A stretch of DNA of 63,420 nt, filler included, from Trichomonas gallinae (Eukaryota): NCBI GenBank assembly GCA_008369845.1. It is 4 parts of 4 records of this genome, joined end to end, with 100 filler letters (N's around TTAATTAATTAA, not from the genome) between each part and the next. Parts side by side here need not be neighbours in the genome. Positions count along the whole stretch, not along the records: positions 25,536 to 46,651 come from MRSU01000984.1; positions 46,752 to 60,635 come from MRSU01000992.1; 2 more parts are not named here. One strand, written 5' to 3'. Shown piece by piece: positions 43,286 through 52,000 of the stretch (positions are counted from its first letter, which is position 1; every line of letters begins with the position of its first letter). Position numbers and translations under genes: made by a program. The notes beneath the pieces are model-generated. The model was not told the origin of the DNA, did no database searches, and saw only the letters and a list, made by a program, of their open reading frames with translations.

Positions 43286-43355
43286 GTGCTTAACGGCTCA
43301 TTTGCAACACCAACATCTGATGGTAATGGCACTGCAAGGATTCAACGAATTGATA
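43286..43355 (+). pseudogene. Second 3'-end relic of glycine-rich family gene
   Basis: VLNGSFATPTSDGNGTARIQRID. Confidence 0.65.
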
Positions 43356-43953
43356 GTATAGATTGTTATGTTTTAATGTGTTTGTGTCAAAATAGTGCTT
43401 AGTATGCTATTTTAAAAATTTCTCATATTATAGGCTTGCGATATTTTAAATATTTTAAATATCTTAAATCTAGCTATTCTAATATAATCAAACCAATATA
43501 AGTGGTATTTAATAAAAATTCATATATTAGATGAAAACTTTGCTTATTAGATGTAAAATGAAATGAGTGAGTTCATGAACTGTATTTACCAGTGTAAATC
43601 CCATCAGCTTGATTATCGATAAAATAATAATAATAAAACAATAAGAGTCAATTGAGAAGAGCTGTTGCAAATCGACAAAAACTATTGTTGAGCCGAACTC
43701 AATTTCTCATTACACAAAAATTATGAAATAAATTTTTGGATAATGCACAATACTATAAACTGCAATAAGCATGAGTTAAATTTGCATTATTAGTATCCAA
43801 TGTGTATGACTTAAATGCGATATACAAGCTAGAAAGCAGAAATAAATCAATAATTATATCTTTGACAAGTAAAATGCATTACATGTCAATTTGGCATTTT
43901 TGAAATTACAAAACTGACACGAATCGATTCAAAAAAAAAAAAAAATATTTTTT

Positions 43954-44298
43954 ATGAGTGAGATAAATAATAATATAAATTTCGAAGGCACACATCTAAA
44001 GCTAATCCAAGAAATAAAAGACAACGAAGGAATTGTTTTGCTTGCTTTCTACTCAACATGGTGCCATCATTGCAAGAAATTACAAGCCGCATTAGCTGAT
44101 TTCTTCATTGATTATCCAAAAGTCACGTTTATTCAAGTCAATGTTGATAAAAATCAGCAGTCAGCAATCTCTTTTGGTGTTAAATCCATTCCACAAGTAT
44201 TTATAATTAAATCAGAAGATGAAGGCTACAGTACACTTGATTCCATATCAGGATATGAACCAAGCAAGATCAAAGAGGCACTTGACAATGCGAATTAG
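43954..44298 (+). CDS. Thioredoxin-like protein (WCHHC)
   Basis: FYSTWCHHC, VNVD, FGVKSIP cis-Pro motif; 114 aa. Confidence 0.9.
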   Translation: MSEINNNINFEGTHLKLIQEIKDNEGIVLLAFYSTWCHHCKKLQAALADFFIDYPKVTFIQVNVDKNQQSAISFGVKSIPQVFIIKSEDEGYSTLDSISGYEPSKIKEALDNAN

Positions 44299-44515
44299 TT
44301 GCCAATCTGTATAATATTTTTTCGAATTTATATTAATTATGTTGTTTTATTATAAAAAACGGTATTTGACACGCTTATTAGTTTTTATAACAATTTTATG
44401 ATTATCAAGAGTTAATATTAGATTTTCGAAATCATTAAAAAATTATCCAAAAAAATAAAATCATTATGTCTCAAAGATATTGATATATTGGTTGATGGAG
44501 ATCCGATTTTTATTT

Positions 44516-45259
44516 TTATGGCTTCATAAGTGGAGAATCAACTAATTCGCCAGTTGTTGTAGCAATGTTGACTGTCTGGTTGTACTTGGCGAGGACTGTT
44601 CTCAATCCGTGCTTGAGATCGCGGGCTGTCATGTCAGGATTTTGCTTCAAGAGCTTTCTGAAGTTGTATGAGAACATACCCTGCTCCTGCTTCTCGACTA
44701 CCGTCTGTTTAGCAGTCTGAGCGTCGCTGGCGGCGGAAATGGAGATGATATTCTCTGGAAGTTGTCTTCCCTTGAAGTTTCCACCCTGGATATCCCAGAC
44801 GGAGCCTGAGTGGCAAGCATCAGTAAGGAGGGTCAACTTGCTTGTTGGGTTCTTGTTTTCGCAAAGATGCTGAATCAAAATGTCATCAATCATGACACCA
44901 TCGCGGAAGAAGAAGGCCTCATCGAAGCCATCAGCCTCATCACCTTGGAGATCCTTGACGCTTGTTCCGTGGCCGACATAGAAGACGACAAGGTGAACTG
45001 AGGTGTTCTGGAAGAAATAGTCAAGCCAGTGGAGGAACTCGTGCTTAGTGGCATTCCTCAAGTAGTAGTTGTTGAATCCGTGCCTGCCGACCATCTTTGC
45101 CATGTTGTATGCATCATTGTCTGGTCCATCACCAAGGTCGTACTTTGTGCCGTTATAATCGTTGACGACGAAAAGGCCGGCGCGCTCAAGTGTGGCTGGT
45201 GGGGCACACTTTGTAACATCCTTAGCAACGGTGTTTAATTTGATGATTTTGTCTGTCAT
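44516..45259 (-). CDS. Metacaspase (clan CD, family C14)
   Basis: Catalytic dyad motifs FYVGHG and DACHSG, DEADGFDEA, ISAASDAQTA. First ATG 45259, M2 motif at 45270-45278. Confidence 0.92.
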   Translation of the reverse strand: MTDKIIKLNTVAKDVTKCAPPATLERAGLFVVNDYNGTKYDLGDGPDNDAYNMAKMVGRHGFNNYYLRNATKHEFLHWLDYFFQNTSVHLVVFYVGHGTSVKDLQGDEADGFDEAFFFRDGVMIDDILIQHLCENKNPTSKLTLLTDACHSGSVWDIQGGNFKGRQLPENIISISAASDAQTAKQTVVEKQEQGMFSYNFRKLLKQNPDMTARDLKHGLRTVLAKYNQTVNIATTTGELVDSPLMKP

Positions 45260-45658
45260 CGAAATGTGTGTCACTTTTTATGTAAGCAATAGGAAAAGTG
45301 ATAGTCATTTTATACATAAATAGGGGGTGATACTTCACTTCATTGTTTATTAAGGGTCTGCCCCTGCTTAATATTTTATTGACTTTTAATTTACAAGGCA
45401 GATTTTAAATATCAGTTTGACGCGTATAGCATAACCTTAATATGTAAAGTGTCAAAACCAGGCACTGCCATTTGGAGGATGTATACAAAGTGGGATCCTG
45501 TTTTGAAAATTTCATTAAAATATGCATTTTGTCATTTTCGTCTGATGAGTTGGACTGATTTTGGATGGCAACAAAAACAAAATGATGTTCATCTAATGTT
45601 GGAAAATCTGGAATCCGAGTTTACGTGTCAATATTGTCTTTTGCTGATTTGCGCGGAG

Positions 45659-45721
45659 ATGTATATAGAACACCTTTTTGGAGCATGAAGCTTTGGCAAC
45701 TTATAAGTGTTCTATATACAT
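45659..45721. repeat. Perfect 15-bp inverted repeat with 33-bp spacer
   Basis: ATGTATATAGAACAC (45659-45673) ... GTGTTCTATATACAT (45707-45721). Confidence 0.85.
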
Positions 45722-45861
45722 GTATTATATTTTCAAAATATTACGTGTGATAATCATTTGATAATCTTCCTGTGATAGTTTTTTTTATTAATTGTAAATG
45801 AAGTTATTTCACAATCAATAATTAAAATAAAAGTATTTTGTTTTTCAAGATAATAAGATGT

Positions 45862-46394
45862 TTAATTTGGGAATTGACCTTCAGCATAGGCATTCATCAT
45901 TTCAGAAAATACCATCATTTCTGAATCTTGCATCATATCTGTGATGTTGTCATGCCCTGATTCCTGATGTCTTTTCATTATTTTCTCAAAATTATCACCT
46001 TGCTGTAGGAAATTAACGTATTCTAATGTTCTCTCCTTCAATCCAGGGGCTGCGGTTCAAATTTTACAGAAAAATCCGGAAAATACATTTGAGCTCTTTC
46101 TTCGACTTCTTTTGCGCTTTCAAGGTCATCACACATGAAATAAGTAGTACACAATAGTTGATATACTTCTTTTTGTTGTGGATTAAGCAATAGTGCAAGT
46201 TCAAGATCAAATACAGTTTGTTTCCATTTCTGAATTTTCATTAAAAATTTGGCTTGGATGATATGGCACTCAATGTTCAATGGATCTTTTTTAATAACCT
46301 CTTTGAACTTATCTACTACAGATTGAGGTTCTTCATTGGCATATGAATCATTTCTAAGATTTAAAATTTCATCAATAACAAAAATAGATTTTGC
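45862..46394 (-). pseudogene. TPR + Met-rich STI1-like co-chaperone (SGT-like), frameshifted
   Basis: Three TPR-like repeats with no N-terminal ATG. A frameshift near GGGG 46046-46049 continues into PGLKERTLEYVNFLQQGDNFEKIMKRHQ...DMMQDSEMMVFSEMMNAYAEGQFPN*. Confidence 0.6.
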
Positions 46395-46651
46395 TTAAGG
46401 GATGGCTCAACTAATCAATTTTTATAAAAAAGGGGGTAACACTAAGTTAATGGGGGTACTCTCTTAGCAAAAAATTTGGATGCTGATTGTTATTATCCGA
46501 ATCAGCAGACACAATTTCAATGTTTTATACGACTGGTGATCAAATCCAATCGATATTTTTTGAATTCAAATTATTTATTTCATATTTCATTTAAAATCAC
46601 CCTCAATAATGAAATATGTACTGATATTCTACATTAGTTGAAAAGTTCAAG

Positions 46652-46751
46652 NNNNNNNNNNNNNNNNNNNNNNNNNNNNNNNNNNNNNNNNNNNNTTAAT
46701 TAATTAANNNNNNNNNNNNNNNNNNNNNNNNNNNNNNNNNNNNNNNNNNNN
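46652..46751. other. Assembly gap with synthetic stop linker
   Basis: 44 N + TTAATTAATTAA + 44 N. Confidence 0.97.
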
Positions 46752-47483
46752 GGTGATCTATACATTGGCCACACTATTGAAGCCAGAAAGCATTTTTATA
46801 ATCCAAAAAGGCTTCATTTGTAGGACCGATAGGATTTTAACGTCATTTCTATCGTCGTTTCTACACCTCTAAACTAGTTAAAATTACTGAAGGATTGCTA
46901 GAAAAACTAAAGTCGTAACATGTCCAAAATCTGTATGTAAATATTGTTTACTTATTCTAAAGCTACTAATAATTATCTTATTTCAGGCTTATCTTTTAGT
47001 ATTTCAAATTTATTTTCCAGATTCGAATTTATCTTTCAAAGTTGCATCCCTAAACATTGATGAAATGATTAGTTTTCATGTTGACTCAAATTTTAGTTGA
47101 ATCTGGTATTGTAAATTGTCAAAAATGTGATGAATAACTCTATATTGATATGTAGCATAGATCTATTGATTAATCTGCTGCTATTTCGAAATTAAATGCG
47201 TAAAGCAAGAAGTAAGCATCTTTTCTAATATACCTATTGCATCTTATTCAAAAAATTATAAATTCGAATTTTTTTGCTGAGTTGGATTAATTTATGGCTA
47301 ATCTACTGTTTATTTCATAGAAAATCTTGCTTAATTTGGGTCAATTTAATCAATAAAGTATTGTTTGATATGAAAATAGTTTATTGAAGCATCAACTGAT
47401 ATAAAACTATTTGTATAAGTCATAAATATAAGATTACTAATGGAAATATTTATATACAAAACAAATAAAAAAATTAAAAAAAA

Positions 47484-48551
47484 TTAAAGTTTGAGAGAAG
47501 CTCGTTTCTTTGCAATTCTGCGCTCAAATCTTAGCCTGCATATTTCCCGCTTGAGCTCGCTATTCAATTCTTGTTCTTTGTTTAAAATTTCTTCTTTTTG
47601 ACGAACGACTTTTCTAAGCTCAATTGTTTTAGTATCTGTGTCAACTACATCCGCATCGTAGTTAACAACGGTTTGTTGCTTAGTTTTCGAATAATGAGAA
47701 ATATCTTGTTTGTATTTTTCGAATGTAACAGCTAAATTGTTCATAGTTTGAGTTGAATCGGCCTTAAAATCATGGATTTGTTTTCTAACTTTTCTGTATT
47801 CTATTTCTTTTTCTTGAATCTTTTTCTTCAAAGAAGAAACTTTTTTCGCATACTCATCTTTGAGACTTTGTACAGCTTCTTTATAAACTGATTCGTTTTT
47901 GGTCAGTTTCTCACGCAAACTGTCCATATTTAATTTGTGCTCTTTTTCGTTTTCTTCTAGAGATGTTATGCAATCCAAGAGTTTTTCCTTCGATGATAGA
48001 AGATTATTGACTCTTTCTTGGTTCTTTTCTGCAAGAACATTTTGTAGTTCTTGAATTTGGTTGTCGAAAATTTTGTTTGATTGCTCATCGACTGTTTCAT
48101 TGTGCATTTCTGTGATTTCTTCCTCTGTTTTTGCAAGTTTCTTTTCGAGTTCTTCAATAATTTTGTTATATTTATTATCAATATCTTTAATTTCTTTAGT
48201 ATCAGCATCCTGTAGCTGTTTTAATGATTTTTCGAAGTCATCCTGTAACTCCTGAAGCTGTATAGACTGCGCTTCCTTTAATTCAGCAATTTCCTTTCGA
48301 TATTGAGATTTATTGTCAGCGAGCCTAGCTTTTAGTTTAGCACGCTTCTTTATTTCTTTTCCATGTTTAATGTTGAGTTTCTGTTGGTATTGGTTGTCTA
48401 ATCGCGTAATTTGATCACTTAACTCAGTATTTTGCGCCTGAAGTGATGTATAATATTCTGTGAGCTGCTGTATCTGCGTGTCAGCAATCATTAGGTTCTG
48501 TTCTAGCTTCTTCTGAAAGATTTTGCATCTTCTTTCTAAAGAAAAACTCAT
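47484..48551 (-). CDS. Coiled-coil protein
   Basis: 355-aa K/E/Q/L heptad-rich ORF. Confidence 0.8.
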   Translation of the reverse strand: MSFSLERRCKIFQKKLEQNLMIADTQIQQLTEYYTSLQAQNTELSDQITRLDNQYQQKLNIKHGKEIKKRAKLKARLADNKSQYRKEIAELKEAQSIQLQELQDDFEKSLKQLQDADTKEIKDIDNKYNKIIEELEKKLAKTEEEITEMHNETVDEQSNKIFDNQIQELQNVLAEKNQERVNNLLSSKEKLLDCITSLEENEKEHKLNMDSLREKLTKNESVYKEAVQSLKDEYAKKVSSLKKKIQEKEIEYRKVRKQIHDFKADSTQTMNNLAVTFEKYKQDISHYSKTKQQTVVNYDADVVDTDTKTIELRKVVRQKEEILNKEQELNSELKREICRLRFERRIAKKRASLKL

Positions 48552-49071
48552 CTTATAATAAAAAAAGGAAAAGTGTACGTTTAAATTTTATATGTTTTGT
48601 AAAACATTTACATGTCAAAAATAATTTCTTTTTTAGTTATATTTTATGAAAATTGAGCGTAGAAAAATCTGTTGAACTCCTATAAAATTTATCTTCTTAT
48701 ATTCTTAATGGGGCAAAATCATATGAGAAGAGTTTATCACCATCAAAAGAAAAAAGGTTTTATCCAATAACTATAGTGAGGAAGTGGTATATAGCAAGCA
48801 TGTTATTATTTATTTCAATCATGAATTCAATTTAACTTACCCTCATTGTTTCTTGAATTAATATCCATATGAAAAATTGTTAAATTTAACAATACAGCGT
48901 AAATTATTGCTTCACATTTTAAAAATATCAATTTCTTTGATATTTCTTTTGAAATTCATTAATAAATGCTGTGATGAATATTGAAACGTTTGATAGTTCA
49001 CATGAATGTGACACAAATTTTGAGGTTTGATAAAACAAATACATTTTATTTCAAATTAACAAATTCTAGAA

Positions 49072-52000
49072 TTATTTTCTATCTTGGTCGGAGTTTTTCA
49101 AGAGCCACATCTTTCCAATAAGACGTAGAGCCTTCTTGTACTCGCTATCTTCTGATGCTGACATTGATGAAGTGTTCTGAGGCAAAATTGATGAAGTATT
49201 TTGAGGCATAATTGATGATGTGTTCTGTGACATTATTGATAGATTTGACAAATTATTGCTAAGCTGAATAGATCTTGCGGTTTCATTTCTTAGCTCAGCA
49301 TTAGATTTCTCAAGTTCTGACAATCTGTAGATATTCGTCTTGGAGTCTTTCAATAGATTTGAGTGCTCGACTCTTGTAGTGGTTAACTCTGCACTTGTAT
49401 CATTCAACCTTTTCTGCAATGAAGAGATTTGTGTCTGTAACTCCTTCTTCTCCTGGTTGTGCTGCAGTTTAGCCTGGCTGAGTTTCTGAGTCAAGTCGTT
49501 GATAGTTTCGTGCAATTTTTGAATCTCGTGGGCCATTTTAGATGAAGAAGTAACAGTGTCGAGATACTTCTGCTCAATTCCGGAGCTGGATAAGTTCCTC
49601 TGCCTGAGAAGCTTAACCTCTTCTTCGAGGTCATTGCATCTCTTCGTCAATCTTGCGACTTTAGATGAAGATTCGCGCTCTGTTCTTTCAATGTTCGATA
49701 ACCTTTCGAGCTGCTTCTTAAGCTCATTGTTTTGTGTTGTAACTTTCTGATTTTCCTTGTCGAACATCAAAACTTTCCTCCTAAGGTCTGAGACTTCGTT
49801 CAATGTCTCTTCGCTTGTCTTTGATGGCTTGGAACTCTTAGCTCTAGCAATTTCGCCTTCAAAGTGCTTCGTTACTTCATCGATTGTCTTCCTGAAGTCT
49901 GACTTCTGCGTTCTCAGTCTTTCCTTCAAGTCATTGTTTTCGTTTGTCAGCTTCTCGACTTTGAGCTTGAATTCAGCCACTTGGTTCTTCATCTGGTTGA
50001 ACTCTCTCTGCGGGCTCTGCAGGTTGATCTTCGCGCGAAGTTCATTCGCGTTTTGCTGGAGAGAAGCAATCTTGTTGCTGTCTTCAACTCTCAGCTTATT
50101 TATCTGGTCTTCAAGATCTTTCTTTTCGCGCTCGCAAACTGATAATTTTCTCTTCAAATCGGTGAGTTCATTTGACTTGTTCGATGACTTAACTTCGTCC
50201 AAAGCCTTCTTGACTGATTCGTCGTTGACTTGCATGATGTCCAGTTGTTTCTGCTTGAATGCTACTTCTTTGGCTAGCCTCTCTTTTTCATCCTGCAAGT
50301 CTCCATTTTCTTCGATCAAGTCATTGATTTTTTCTTCTCTGACTTTTGCAATGTTCTTGAGTGTTTCTATGTCACTCTTTGCTTTAGCGAGTTGCTCTTT
50401 GATATCTTTAACTGATTGGTCATCTTTGTTCTTTAATTTGTCCTCGTATTGTTGCTTAATCATTTCGATTTCGTCTTCGTGATTTTCTGATTTTTCTTCG
50501 AGCTCTTTAATCTTCTCTTTCTGCGTCATGATTTCTTCTTGAAGCGACTCAATCTCTTCTTCATATGTGTCTTGGTTCTGCTTCATGGTCTCAAACTGCT
50601 TTTCAAGTTTGATATTCAATGATTTATTTTCTTTTTCGAGTTCTTTGTTCCTTGAATTTACTGATTCGAGTTTTTCGTTGTTGCTTTGAATTTGTGCTTC
50701 TTTTTCGTCTTCAGCAGATTTGACTCTGCTTTGAAGAGTAATGATCTGCTTTTGCAATTCGACCTTTTGTGTTTCTGAATTATTGAGTTTAGTCATCAAA
50801 GATTGTTTCTCAGTGTTGCTTTCGTGGATGTTTGATTCTAATTCTGAAATCTTCTTCTTGCATTCTTCGAGTTCTTTCTTCTTTTCAGCTTCGATCTTGT
50901 TGATTGTGTTTTCTTGCTCTTCTGGATTGATTAATGTGCTCATGAGGTCTTCTATTCTCTTGTTAGCTTTAATCAATTCTTCTTCTGTGTTTTCTTTCTG
51001 CTTTTGAACGAAAGAAACTTTTTGGTTGAGTTTTTCGACTTCAAGATTTGACTGATTTAATTTGTCTGTAGCCTGCTTGAGCTCTTTTTCGAGCTGTTCA
51101 ATGCACATCTCCTCTTCAGCCTTCATCTTCTCCAGTTCGTCTTTGAGCTGCTTGTTGTTATCTTCGAGTTTAGAAACTTTTTCTTCGACGTCATGTTTTT
51201 CTGTCTTTGCGTTTTCTATATCATTACTAAGCTGCTCATGAAGTTTTTCTAATTCATTGATTTTCTGCTTGTTGTCTTTTTCTAGTTTTTCTTTATCAGA
51301 AGAAATCTTTTCGAGAGCATTAGTATTCTCTTCTAGAAGCTTTTGAAGGTTCTTGTTGTTCTCGAATAACTTGGAATTTTCTTCATTGAGCTTCTGGTTT
51401 TGTTCCAGAATCTTTTCGTTTTCTTCTGTTTGTTGTTTGATGTTTTCTTCGTTTTGATTTTGAAGGGTTTGTATTTGCGCGTTCTTTGATTGAATCTCTT
51501 TAACCAATTCATCGATTTTGTCGTTGGAATCCAACTGAGAGTTTTCTAAGATTTCTTTAATCTGATTTTCTTTTTCGTTTTCGATTTCTTTGATTTTGTC
51601 ATTTAATGACTTGATTTCTTCGTCTTTCTTGTCCATATTATGCTTGAGTTCGTCAATTTCTGTTTGTTTTGTTTCGTTTTCCTTGAGATACAATTTCTTC
51701 TGCTTCAAAATTTCATCGATTTCTGCATTTTGCTTTGTTAGTTGTTCAATCTGCTTCTTTAATTCTTCGTTGTTTTCATTCACTTCTTTGAAGATTTCGA
51801 TTTGCTTCTTGAGTTCGTCTATTTCGTTTTGATTGTTTTCGATTTCTTTTTCCAACTCTTCTGTTTCGTTATTCTTTTCTTCTTTGAGAATTTCGTTGTT
51901 GCTCTTCAAGTTGTTGTTTTCTTCTTTGAGATTTTCAATTTGTTTCTTTAATTCTCCGATTTCATTGCTTTCAATTTGCTGCTTGAGTTCTTTGTTGTTT

